In this document: one piece after another, positions 8,126-18,600 of the stretch
Layout of the letters: each line of letters opens with the position of its first letter
How positions within the stretch are numbered: position 1 is the first letter of the stretch
Assembly (NCBI GenBank): GCA_019637315.1
Contig: JAHBVU010000011.1
Coordinates: forward strand, 7,242 to 71,241
Length of the DNA: 64,000 bases
From: Gemmatimonadales bacterium
GTDB lineage: Bacteria > Gemmatimonadota > Gemmatimonadetes > Gemmatimonadales > GWC2-71-9
Direction: 5' to 3'
Translations under genes and position numbers: made by a program
Notes under the pieces: model-generated
Told to the model about the DNA's origin: nothing
The model's database searches: none
Seen by the model: the letters and a program-made list of their open reading frames with translations, nothing else

Positions 8126-11100
8126 CTATCCGGCTTTCACCAGCCTCACGGCATCGGGCCCGAGCAGGGTCCGAAGCGAGTGGACCAGATCTTCTTCAGG
8201 GGTGACGCGAAGCCGGCGGGACTGCATCCGGGCCGACTCCCCGTTGCCATCGTTCCACTCAATATAGACCGGCGCCGGCCCATCGTGGCTGGCGCACAGC
8301 GCGGCCACGGCCCGCATGTCGTTGGCCGAAGGCGGGTTAGGAGCCGACCACCGGATCGACAGGGCCACCGCGCCGATCTTCCGGAAGTCTGACAGCATCC
8401 GGGCCGACTCGACCACGAACGGGGCGCGGTCCTCGCCCCGGTCCCGCTGGCTGTACCCCCCCGTCAGCAGCATGCAGCCGTCGACCACGATGGTTCCGTT
8501 GAGCTGGGCCCAGGCGTCGGGAAAGACCAAGGCCTCTGCCGTGCCGTGAAAGTCCTCCAGCACGAGCCGAGCGTACTCTTTGCCGGTCTTCTTCGAGATC
8601 TGGCGTTTGACGGCCGTCACGACGGCGCCGATGGTGACCTGCTGTTCACTCCAGGTTGCCAGGGTCGCCGTGGTTCGGGTGCCGAACAGCTCGACCTCGC
8701 TCCGGTACGGCTCGAGCGGATGACCCGAGATGAAGAAGCCCAGCAGCTCTTTTTCCCGGGCCAGCCTCTCTGCCTCGGTCCATTCCGGCAGGTCGGGCAA
8801 GTCCGACGACTGCGGACGTGCTGGCGCCGGGGCGTCCCCGAAGAGCGATCCCTGGCCAGCCTCCCGTTCCTGGTGGAGAAGTTGCGCCTCGCCGAGGGCG
8901 TTGTCGAGGGCCGCCATGAGCTGGGCCCGGTGCCCCGGGAGCGAGTCGCAGGCCCCGGCCGCAATCAGCGATTCGATGACCCGCTTGTTGCAGAGCCGCA
9001 GGTCGATCCGGGTGACGAGGTCGGTCAGACTCGTGATCGGCCCCTCGGTGCGGGTGCCCACGATCGACTCGATGGCGCCGCGGCCGACATTGCGTACGGC
9101 GCCGAGTCCGAAGCGAATCCGGGTATCCTCGACCACGGTGAACTTGAAACCCGATTCGTTGACGTCTGGCGGCAGCACCTCGAGCCCGAGTTCGCGAGCC
9201 TCGTTGATGTACTGCACGACCTTGTCGGTGTCGCCGATCTCCGATGACAACAGCGCCGCCATGAACTCGGCCGGGTAGTGGGCCTTGAGCCAGGCGGTCT
9301 GGTACGACAGGATGGAATAGGCGACGGAATGTGACTTGTTGAAACCGTAGCGACCGAAGGTTTCGATCTGGCCCGACAATTCTTCCATCAGGTCGGCATC
9401 GTGCCCCAGAGCTTTGCCCCGCTCGACGAACTTGCCGAGTTCTTTCTTGATCAGCTCGGCGTCCTTCTTACCGACCGCCTTGCGGAGCACGTCGGCTTCG
9501 GCGAGCGAGAAGCCCGCGAGCACGTTGGCAATCCGCATCACCTGTTCCTGGTAGGTGATGACGCCGTAGGTCGGCTCCAGCACGTCGACGAGCGACGGGT
9601 GCGGGTACGACACCGGTTCCTGGCCCAGCTTCCGCTTGATGAACACCAGATGCATGCCGGTGTCGAGCGGTCCTGGGCGGAGCAGTGCGTTCGAGGCGAC
9701 CAGATCGTCGAAACGGTCGCAGCGCATCTGGCGGAGCGTTTCGGTGGCCAGCGACGATTCAAACTGGAAGACGCCGGCGGTTCGGCCGCGGCGGAGCAGT
9801 TCGTAGACGGCCGGGTCGTCGAGAGACAGACCGCTCATGTCGAGGTCGACGCCATGCCGATCCTTGACCATGTTGACGGCATCATGGATCACGGTCAGTG
9901 TCTTGAGGCCCAAGAGATCCATCTTGAGCATGCCGACTTTCTCCAGCGCCACCATGTCGTACTGCGTAATGATGGGGGCCTCACCGTCCTGCGAGGCGCC
10001 GGCGCCTTTGGTCGGTGCGGTGCAAACCGGGACATACTCCGGCAGCGGCCCCGGGGCGATGACTACGCCAGCTGCGTGGACCGACAGGTGGCGTGAAATT
10101 CCTTCGATTCGCGACGCCAGCTCTGCCATCCGGGCGTACTGCGGCGAGAGGCGGACCAGTTCCGACAGCTCCGGAACCTTCTTGACCGCCTCTGGAATCG
10201 TCAAACTGTAGGCCGGTCCTGACGGAATCAGCTTGGTGATCTTGTCCGCCTCGCCGGGCGGAATCTTCATGACCCGCGCGACGTCCTTGACGGCGGCGCG
10301 GGCCTTCATCGTGCCGAACGTGACGATCTGGCCGACGCTGTCGCGCCCATACCGGTTCCGGACATACTCGATCACTTCGCCGCGGCGCTCGAAGCAGAAG
10401 TCGACGTCGATGTCGGGCATCGAGACGCGTTCCGGGTTGAGGAAGCGCTCGAAGAGCAGGTCGAACTGGAGTGGGCAGACGTCGGTAATGCCGAGACTGT
10501 AGGCCACCAGCGAACCGGCGGCCGAGCCACGGCCGGGTCCGACCGGGATACCGCGCTCTCGCGCGGCCGCGATGAAGTCCTGCACGATCAGGAAGTAGCC
10601 CGAGTACCCCGCGGTGATGATGACGCCGAGCTCATAGCGGAGCCGCTCGGTCACGGCGTCCGGCAGCGGCGTGCCATAGCGCCGCTCCGCTCCCTGCGTA
10701 GCGAGGTCGGTCAGCAGTGCGTTGTCGTCGGCGTATCCCTTGGGGCGGGGAAAGCCGGGAACGTAGTAGCGCTTCTCGAAGTCGAACTCGCAGAGGTCGG
10801 CGACCTTGACCGTGTTGTCGAGCGACTCCGGCACCTGCGAGAAGAGCTTGCGCATCTCCTCTTCGCTCTTGACGTACGTTTCCGAGCCAGTAAAGCGGAA
10901 ACGCTTCGGGTCGTCGAGGTCGGCGCCGGTGCCGATGGCGAGCAGTACGTCGTGGGCCTCGGCGTCTTCTCTGCGGAGGTAGTGGGCGTCGTTGGTGGCT
11001 ACCACGGGCAGGCCCAGGTCGCGCGAGAGCTCGAGCATTCCGTCGAGCACCTTCTTCTCGTCGGGAATGCCGTGATCCTGAATTTCGAGCCAGAACCCCT

Positions 11101-11608
11101 CGGGGCCGAAGGTCTGCGAGAACCACTGCGCGGAGCGTTTGGCCTCGTCATACCGGTCGGCGCGCAGGCTTAGGGCCACCTCGCCAGACAGGCAGGCTGC
11201 CAGGCAGATGACGCCTTCGGCGTGCTCGGCGAGCACCTCTTTGTCGATCCGGGGGCGGCGGTAAAAACCCTCCACGTAGCCGATCGAACTCAGCTTGATC
11301 AGGTTCTTGTAGCCGACCCGGTTCTTGGCCAGCAGCACGAGATGGCTGTAGTGGGCCGGTGCGTCGGCCGGCTTCTGGTTGGAGCGCCGGTCGCCGAAGG
11401 CGAGATACGCTTCGAAGCCGAGAATCGGGCGGATCTTGCGGGCTCTGGCGGCCTCATAGAACTCCCAGGCGCCGTGCATGTTGCCGTGGTCCGTCACGGC
11501 CAGGCTGTCCATACCCAAGCTGCGAACGTAGTCGACCAGGACCGGGATCTGGTTGGCCCCGTCCAGCAGGGAGTACTCGCTGTGGGTGTGGAGATGGACG
11601 AAACCCAT
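8126..11608 (-). CDS. dnaE: DNA polymerase III alpha subunit
   Basis: 1160 aa. N-terminal PHP domain (FVHLHTHSEYSLLDGA), polymerase core and a C-terminal OB region. Its stop is 2 nt from the accA start. Confidence 0.97.
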   Translation of the reverse strand: MGFVHLHTHSEYSLLDGANQIPVLVDYVRSLGMDSLAVTDHGNMHGAWEFYEAARARKIRPILGFEAYLAFGDRRSNQKPADAPAHYSHLVLLAKNRVGYKNLIKLSSIGYVEGFYRRPRIDKEVLAEHAEGVICLAACLSGEVALSLRADRYDEAKRSAQWFSQTFGPEGFWLEIQDHGIPDEKKVLDGMLELSRDLGLPVVATNDAHYLRREDAEAHDVLLAIGTGADLDDPKRFRFTGSETYVKSEEEMRKLFSQVPESLDNTVKVADLCEFDFEKRYYVPGFPRPKGYADDNALLTDLATQGAERRYGTPLPDAVTERLRYELGVIITAGYSGYFLIVQDFIAAARERGIPVGPGRGSAAGSLVAYSLGITDVCPLQFDLLFERFLNPERVSMPDIDVDFCFERRGEVIEYVRNRYGRDSVGQIVTFGTMKARAAVKDVARVMKIPPGEADKITKLIPSGPAYSLTIPEAVKKVPELSELVRLSPQYARMAELASRIEGISRHLSVHAAGVVIAPGPLPEYVPVCTAPTKGAGASQDGEAPIITQYDMVALEKVGMLKMDLLGLKTLTVIHDAVNMVKDRHGVDLDMSGLSLDDPAVYELLRRGRTAGVFQFESSLATETLRQMRCDRFDDLVASNALLRPGPLDTGMHLVFIKRKLGQEPVSYPHPSLVDVLEPTYGVITYQEQVMRIANVLAGFSLAEADVLRKAVGKKDAELIKKELGKFVERGKALGHDADLMEELSGQIETFGRYGFNKSHSVAYSILSYQTAWLKAHYPAEFMAALLSSEIGDTDKVVQYINEARELGLEVLPPDVNESGFKFTVVEDTRIRFGLGAVRNVGRGAIESIVGTRTEGPITSLTDLVTRIDLRLCNKRVIESLIAAGACDSLPGHRAQLMAALDNALGEAQLLHQEREAGQGSLFGDAPAPARPQSSDLPDLPEWTEAERLAREKELLGFFISGHPLEPYRSEVELFGTRTTATLATWSEQQVTIGAVVTAVKRQISKKTGKEYARLVLEDFHGTAEALVFPDAWAQLNGTIVVDGCMLLTGGYSQRDRGEDRAPFVVESARMLSDFRKIGAVALSIRWSAPNPPSANDMRAVAALCASHDGPAPVYIEWNDGNGESARMQSRRLRVTPEEDLVHSLRTLLGPDAVRLVKAG

Positions 11609-11844
11609 CGTCGGAAGACCTTAGACTCTGCGGCGGCCAGCGGGCCACCCCAATGAAGCGTGCCTCCCGATCCGGCTCCGGACGCGGCTCCGGTCAGGGG
11701 GGCACAGTGTAAGCCTTGTCGCTGGTCGGAGGCCTTCGCGCGGGCTATTTTTTGCAGGGTACCAAAGCGCGCATCCGACAGCGTTTCGGAAGCTATCCAC
11801 GATAGCTGACGTTGTCAAAACACCTTGATTTTCAACGAGTTACC

Positions 11845-13584
11845 ATGCAGCTGGCCGATTCAAATGCGCGCGGTACCCGGGGCCGATTCCTGATCGCTGC
11901 TGTGGCGGTTTCCGCCCTGGCATCCTGCAGCTCGGAACCGACCGATCCGGTTCCACCGCCTCCGCCCCCGTCGGCCGGTGTAGCGGCCTGTGCCAGCCAG
12001 CCGGTTACCCAGCTGGCGGTGGGCCAGCATGCTCTGATCGACCCGGCGACCCGGAACGGCTGTGTTCGGGTCCCGGTCGCCGGCGCCGAGGGTGCCGAGT
12101 ACCTCTTGGTCGTGGCGTCCGGGACGGGCGCCAGGTCAGCCTCCGGCATTGCAGGCCCCTACCATCTTGCCGTCGGGAACCCAGCACTGGCGGTCTCTGC
12201 CGCGGCGGCCGCCATACGGGACGACGAGCCGTTCCGGATCGGCCGCCGAACCGCCGCAGACGACTTTCACGACATGCTGCGGCGGAAAGAGGCCGAACTG
12301 GTGGCGAGCGGCGCGGCGCGTACGCCCGTAGCACCGGCTCCGGGTATCGCCGCTGCTCCGCCCGTGGTGGGACACCAGCGCACCTTCAAGACCTGTCGGA
12401 CCGTGACGTGTGCGCAGTTCGACGACGTCGTCGCGGTGGCGCGCTACGTCGGCACCAAGGCCGCGATCTACATGGAAATCGACGTCCCCAAGGTCGACAC
12501 CCTTCTCGAAGTCGACTTTCAGGACCTGGGACGGACCTTTGACGTCTACCACTATCCGATCAATCTCGCGGCGTTCGGGGCGGAGTCCGACCTGGACAAC
12601 AACGAGCGGGTCGTGATTCTGCTCACCAAGTCAGTCAACAACCTGACACCCGACTGCACCAACGGCCGGGTGCTGGGCTACTTCTATGGCGCCGACCTGC
12701 TGACCGGCCCCAACTCGAATCAGGGAGAGATCTTTTACACCCTGGTTCCGAGTCCGGCGACGGCCACGTGTTCTGCCGTGAGTCGAACCGCTGCGGTACG
12801 GATCATCAAGCCGACTCTGATTCACGAGCTGCAGCACATGATCAATTGGAATCAGCGCGTCATCCGGCGCGGGCTCAGTGCCGAAGAGACCTGGGTCAAC
12901 GAGGCCTTGAGTCATTTCGCCGAGGAGCTGGCCGGGCGTCTCATTCCCGATGCAGAGTGCCCGGGGTACTCCTCGTGCCGGAGCCAGTACATCTCGTCGA
13001 ACATCATCAACTCGTACGACTATCTGGCCGATCCGGAAAGCCATTTCCTGGTCTATCCAACCTCGTCGAACGGCAGTCTCGAGGAGCGGGGTGCGAGCTG
13101 GTTGTTTCTCCGCTGGGTGGTCGATCACTTTGCCACCGATTCGATCCTGGGCGGCGATTTCACCCCGAGCCTGGTGAGTGCGGCAGGCGGAGCGGCGTCG
13201 TTTGCGGCGCGCACCGGCGTGTCGTTTGCCGACCTGGTCACCGAATGGCATATGGCGAATTATCTCGACGACATGCCCGGGTTCGTCGCGACCAGTTCGC
13301 GTCTGCGTCTCAAGAGTTGGGGACTGCGGGGCGTCTGGACCAATCCGGTCAATCAGTCGACCGCCACTCCGCCCGGGCCGTTCACTGGATTCCCACTCAC
13401 TCCGGAACAGGTTAGCGGCAACTACACCCGGACGGGCACGCTGCGGGGGGGCAGCGCACGACACCTCCGCCTGGTCCAGAGCGCCAACGGTGCAGCCCTC
13501 GACGTGCGGCTGGCCCGGAATGCGGCCGGCGACGCCATCGACCCCGCCCTCGGGGCCCGATTTGGCATCGTCAGGATCCGTTAG
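11845..13584 (+). CDS. putative secreted zinc metallopeptidase (lipoprotein) with a gluzincin-type HExxH...NEALSH motif
   Basis: The start is taken as the ATG at 11845 (MQLADS...). Signal peptide plus lipobox (LASC), a Pro-rich linker, then LIHELQHMINW ... TWVNEALSHFAEE. The HExxH followed by NEAxS at thermolysin-like spacing suggests a gluzincin-type peptidase. Family is unassigned. Confidence 0.55.
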   Translation: MQLADSNARGTRGRFLIAAVAVSALASCSSEPTDPVPPPPPPSAGVAACASQPVTQLAVGQHALIDPATRNGCVRVPVAGAEGAEYLLVVASGTGARSASGIAGPYHLAVGNPALAVSAAAAAIRDDEPFRIGRRTAADDFHDMLRRKEAELVASGAARTPVAPAPGIAAAPPVVGHQRTFKTCRTVTCAQFDDVVAVARYVGTKAAIYMEIDVPKVDTLLEVDFQDLGRTFDVYHYPINLAAFGAESDLDNNERVVILLTKSVNNLTPDCTNGRVLGYFYGADLLTGPNSNQGEIFYTLVPSPATATCSAVSRTAAVRIIKPTLIHELQHMINWNQRVIRRGLSAEETWVNEALSHFAEELAGRLIPDAECPGYSSCRSQYISSNIINSYDYLADPESHFLVYPTSSNGSLEERGASWLFLRWVVDHFATDSILGGDFTPSLVSAAGGAASFAARTGVSFADLVTEWHMANYLDDMPGFVATSSRLRLKSWGLRGVWTNPVNQSTATPPGPFTGFPLTPEQVSGNYTRTGTLRGGSARHLRLVQSANGAALDVRLARNAAGDAIDPALGARFGIVRIR

Positions 13585-13650
13585 GCGAGCCTGCTGCCTG
13601 GCGGCGTGGCTTGAGCCCGCCGCCGGGTGGAGGCAGATTCCGCCATACCA

Positions 13651-14529
13651 ATGAAGGCTCTCCTCCTGCTGCTCGGCGTGGCCGCGGCGTTTCCGCTAGC
13701 TGCGCAAACGACTCGGCCAACGCCCGCCATCGTGTCGTTTCCGGCCAACGTGCGCGCTGCCGGTCTGGCCGGCGCCGGTGCGGCAATGCCCGGGTATGCC
13801 GGCTCAGTCTTCAGCAATCCCTCGGGGCTCGCCCCGATCCGGGCGCTGAGTCTCGAGGGCACCTTGGCTCGTCTGCCCGATCGGTCGACCTACACGATGG
13901 GTAGCGCGGCCTTTCGGATCGCCGATTTCAATCTCGGGGGCGGTTACCAGTACCTCCGGTTGCCGCGGGCCAGCCCGATCTACGACAACCTCAGTTGGGT
14001 GGCTACCGCCGTCTACCGTCGAAGTGGTCTGGCCTTGGGCACCAGCGCCAAGTACGTCTCGGTCGAAGACTCGGCCGGAACAGTGGCCCGCGCGGTGACC
14101 TCGGACATCGGTGCCACGGTCGCGTTCTTCGACATCGCGGCGCTGGCGCTTTCGGTTCACAACGTGGGTGAGTGGACGGTCTCGTCCGGCGGGCTCGAGC
14201 TGCCGCGCACCTGGCGCCTTGGCTTCAGCATGAATCTGCTCGATACCTACTCCAATGGACGCCTGTTGGCCACGATCGAGACGGCCTGGACCGAGCGACA
14301 GAGCCGTCGCACCGTTTTCGGCCTCGAGGCCGGTGCGGTGTTTTACGGGCTCGGGCTGATCGGACGGATCGGGCACGGCGGACAGCCGGATGGCGTCTCC
14401 GGAACCCTGTCGAAGACGACCTACGGCGGCAGCCTCGTCGCGGGCAGCGCGCGGTTCGACTACGCCTATCAGCCGGAGAGTCCCCTGGGCAAAGGCGTCC
14501 ATCTGTTCGGCGTCCGCTGGACCCCGTGA
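13651..14529 (+). CDS. putative outer-membrane beta-barrel protein (signal peptide MKALLLLLGVAAAFPLAAQ)
   Basis: ~290 aa after the signal peptide, with alternating Gly/aromatic-rich amphipathic stretches typical of OM barrels (…GYQYLRL…SWVATAVYRRSG…RLGFSMNLL…YAYQPE…). No family assignment is possible from sequence alone. Confidence 0.5.
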   Translation: MKALLLLLGVAAAFPLAAQTTRPTPAIVSFPANVRAAGLAGAGAAMPGYAGSVFSNPSGLAPIRALSLEGTLARLPDRSTYTMGSAAFRIADFNLGGGYQYLRLPRASPIYDNLSWVATAVYRRSGLALGTSAKYVSVEDSAGTVARAVTSDIGATVAFFDIAALALSVHNVGEWTVSSGGLELPRTWRLGFSMNLLDTYSNGRLLATIETAWTERQSRRTVFGLEAGAVFYGLGLIGRIGHGGQPDGVSGTLSKTTYGGSLVAGSARFDYAYQPESPLGKGVHLFGVRWTP

Positions 14530-14546
14530 GAAAGAAGCGGATCGGC

Positions 14547-15677
14547 ATGGGAATCCTGATTGCAGCCGTCGCGCTCTTCGTCGGCTACGGCGCCGCGTAC
14601 CTCGCGAGCGACGACGTGCGCTACCTGAGCCGAGCAGGCCTGGAACAGACTCGCATCCTGCAGAAGCGGAAGCCGCTCGAGCAAATGCTCCGCGACACGA
14701 CGATTCCCGCCCGCGACCGGGCGTTTCTGCAGCTGGTTCTCGACGTGCGTGAGCATGCGGCGGCCATCGGCCTGGAGGCCAAGAACACGTACACGGCCTA
14801 TACCGATGTCGGGCGCGACACCCTGCTTCTGTCGCTGACCGGCTCACGCAAGGACTGCATTTGTCCGGTCACCTGGAAGTATCCCATCGTTGGCCGGGTG
14901 CCGTACAAGGGATTCTTCGACGTCGGGATGGCAGAGCGGGAGGCGACAAAATGGGCCGAGCGCGGTTATGACATCTCGCTTAGGCCTGCGGCCGCATACT
15001 CGACCCTCGGCTGGTTCAACGATCCGCTCCTCTCGACTGCCCTGGTGCGAGATTCCGTCGAACTGGCTGCGCTGGTCTTTCATGAGATTGCCCACAATAC
15101 CCTGTACGTCAAAAGCGCCACGCCCTTCAACGAGAGCGCGGCGCAGATGATCGGGTATCGTGCAGCCGAGGAGTTTTTCCGCGGGCGGGGCGACTCGATC
15201 CGAGCCGACCGGGCCCGCGATCGCTGGCTCGATGAGATCGTCCTGGCCGAGTACTATCGCGAGCTGATCGATACGCTGACGACGTTTTACGACAGCAAGC
15301 CCGAAGGCGCTGCGCTCGATGAAGGGAGGGCGGCCATCGGTCGCTGGTCGAAGGACCGGTTGGAGGGACCGATCGGTGCGCGGCTACGTACCTATCAGGT
15401 TGCAAGACTGGCCGAGCGGCCGATCAACAATGCTCAGCTGGTCGGGGTACTGATCTACCGAACCCATCTCGATTGGTTCGAGCGCTGGTACCAGCAGCAC
15501 GGGGGCGAGGTGGCCCGGAGTGTGGCCGAACTGATCAAGCTGATGGAAGGCGCCGAGGGCAGTGCTGCGTTCGAGCGACTGGCGGCAGCGATCGGGGTCG
15601 ACCCTGCCGCTGCCGCGTCGGAACTCAGCGGCCTGCCAGGGCCGGACTCGGTTCTGCCGGAGCGGGCGGCGCCTTGA
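14547..15677 (+). CDS. predicted zinc aminopeptidase (COG4324/DUF2265-like, HExxH) with an N-terminal TM anchor
   Basis: The start could be the ATG at 14547 (MGILIAAV...) or the GTG at 14526, which overlaps the upstream stop. TM helix, then a domain with LVFHEIAHNTLY...FNESAAQM (HExxH + NES). Confidence 0.6.
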   Translation: MGILIAAVALFVGYGAAYLASDDVRYLSRAGLEQTRILQKRKPLEQMLRDTTIPARDRAFLQLVLDVREHAAAIGLEAKNTYTAYTDVGRDTLLLSLTGSRKDCICPVTWKYPIVGRVPYKGFFDVGMAEREATKWAERGYDISLRPAAAYSTLGWFNDPLLSTALVRDSVELAALVFHEIAHNTLYVKSATPFNESAAQMIGYRAAEEFFRGRGDSIRADRARDRWLDEIVLAEYYRELIDTLTTFYDSKPEGAALDEGRAAIGRWSKDRLEGPIGARLRTYQVARLAERPINNAQLVGVLIYRTHLDWFERWYQQHGGEVARSVAELIKLMEGAEGSAAFERLAAAIGVDPAAAASELSGLPGPDSVLPERAAP

Positions 15678-18600
15678 GCTCCCGAATCGCGTTGCGGTAA
15701 CGTTCGATGTTGGCCTTCTTGACACCTTCGTAGCCGCGAATCATGTCGGGCAGGCGGGCCAGGGCGACTGCCCGGGCATGCGTTGCGCCCGACAGTGCAG
15801 CCAGTTCCGCTTCGATCATCTCCCGGTATTCGTCGATCAGGGCCCGTTCGAGCCGACGGATGCCGTCCCGGCCAAACGGGTCGAGCCAGGATCCGCGAAG
15901 ACCGCGTGCCGAGCGGAGCAGCCGAAACATGGGGCGGAACCAGCTTCCCAAGGCGAGCTTCCGTTTGAGTCCCATGGCGCGGAGGGCCGGCGGATGCAGC
16001 CGGTACTGGATTGCGGCGCCGGCTCCAACCGCATCGTCGAGGGCGGTCTGGAACGCCGGGTCGAGCATCAGGCGGGCAACCTCGTACTCATCCTTGTAGG
16101 CCATCAGCTTGTAGAAGTACCGGGCCGTTGCCTCCGCCAGCTCCGAGCCGAGCCCGAGCGACTGCTCGCGCTGAGCGACCTGGGCGACAAAGCCGAGGTA
16201 GCGCTCTGCGTAGCTGGTGTTCTGGTACGCGATCAGGTCGGCCGCGCGGTTCGTGAGCAGCCGTTCGAGCTCCGGGCTCGTTGCGGCAGCCTCGATCTGA
16301 CCACGCAACCCGTCGGGCAGGACCGGCGCGGGTTGTGACACCGGGGCGCTGCTCGCACCGGTGGAAATCGGCGTTTCGGGTTGCCATGCCGGGTCGATCA
16401 CGAGCTGGCGCCCCAGTCGGAACGCCTGGGTATTCATTGCCGCCGCAGCGCCGTTCAGGGCAATGGCTGCCTCGATCTTGCTTGCGGCAATCGGAACCAC
16501 GCCCGCCTGATAGGCAGCGCCAACCACAATGAAATTGGCCGCCAGGTGTGAACCGAAATAGCGGTCGGCCAAACTCTCGGCGTCGAGGTACACGTTGGCG
16601 TCAGCGCGCGTGGCGGCATCGATGCGGCGGTGCAGCATGTCGCCGGAGGGAAAGCCCACCGCGGCATTCCGCACCATCAGGCCGGTTGGAATGCGGCTCG
16701 ACGAGACAATGGCGACGGTGCGATCGGGCCGTGCTCGCACGAGATGTCGCGCGTCGGCGGCGGTCAGGACGTCGAAGCCGATGTATGCGTCGGCCTCGCC
16801 GATGCCCACCTTGTTCGACATCTCCTCGGCGGTGGCCGCGATCTTCAGGTGGGACACGACCGCGCCACCCTTCTGACTCAGCCCGGTCTGGTCGAGGCAG
16901 CGCACCGAGCGCCCGTCGAGCAGCGCGGCCGTGCCCAGGACCTGATTGACGGTGACGACCCCGGTGCCGCCGATACCCATGAAGTACAGATTCGCGCCGG
17001 CAGTGACCCTCCGAGCCGGTTCCGCCAGCGCAGCCGCCGGAATCTCGAACATCGGAGCTGGCGGCTTGGCAGCGTGCCGGGACGAGGCGCCCTGCTGGCT
17101 GGGCACCGCGGTCACGAACGCGGGACAATCGCCGTCGAGGCAGGAGTAGTCGGTGTTGCAGGACGACTGATGGATCCGGGTCTTGCGACCGAACTCGGTG
17201 TCGACCGGCATCACGCTGAGGCAGTTCGACTTGACGCCGCAGTCACCGCAGCCTTCGCAGACCCGCTCGTTGATCACCACTCGGAGCTGGCGTTCCGGCG
17301 CGAGGCCGCGCTTCCGGCGACGGCGCAGGTCGGCGGCGCAGTGCTGATCGTAGATCAGGGCGGTGACACCCGGCGTTTCGCGGAGCTCGCGCTGCGTCGC
17401 GTCGAGGGTATCGCGAGACCGGACCTCGACGCCCTTCGCGAGCGTGACGCCGCGATAGCGATCGAGCTCGTCGGTGAGCACGACGGTGCGCTTGACCCCC
17501 TCGGCGGCGAGCTCGCGGGTCAGATCCGGAATCGCGATGCTGCCGTCGGCATGCTGGCCGCCTGTCATCGCGACCGCGCCGTTGTAGAGAATCTTGTAGG
17601 TGATATTGGTCCCGGCGGCAACCGCCTGGCGGATGGCCAGCGAGCCGGAGTGGAACAGGGTACCGTCGCCGATGTTCTGGAAGATGTGAGAGGTACCCGA
17701 GAACGGCGCCGCCCCGACCCACTGGGCGCCTTCGCCGCCCATCTGGGTAAAGCCCGCGCCGACCCGCTCCATCGTCACCGCCATGCCGTGGCACCCGATG
17801 CCAGCGGCTGCAATCGAGCCCTCGGGCACCACGGTCGACCGGTTGTGCGGGCAGCCCGAACAGAAGTACGCCAGTCGCTGCGCCGCCAGTCCGAGCGGAG
17901 CTGCCGGTGCTGCGCGGCCTCCAGTTACCCTGGCGAGTCGGGCGCCGATGTCGGGAAGTCGCGCCTCGAGGCGTCCGGCGATCAGCGGGAGCAGCGTGTC
18001 TGCGTCGAGCTCGCCATGGCCGGGAATCAGAATCCGCTCCTGCTCATCCCGCTTGCCGACGACTCGTGGCCGATCGGGCATGCTGTAGAGCGCGTCGCGG
18101 ACCAGCAGTTCGAGGAAGGATCGCTTTTCCTCGAGGACCAGGACCTCTTCCAGGCCAGTCGCGAAGCGCCGCAGGCTGGGCCCGTCGAGCGGATAGAGCA
18201 TATCGATGCGCAGGAGACGAATCCCGGCGCGGTGCAGATCGGCCTCCGTCAGGTCGAGCCGTGACAGGGCCTCGCGCAGGTCGAGGTACGTCTTACCCGC
18301 GGCGACGATGCCGAGCCAGGCGTTGGCCGGATCGACCACGACGCGATTGAGGCCGTTGGCCACGGCAAAGTGGCGGGCGGCCTCGAGCCGTCCTTCCCAG
18401 AGCTCCTGCTCGAGCTGGAGGTTGTACGGCGCGAACAGGGTATGGCTCTGGGTTGGCGCCCATGGCTTGCCGCCGAACTCGAACTCCGGGCGGATCCAGT
18501 CTGATTGCTGCGGAGAAACGCGAGCCGTCGAGAACTCGTCGGCCACGTTGGTCGTGATTTTGACGCCGACCCAGAGGCCCGAATAGCGCGAGAGCGCGAA

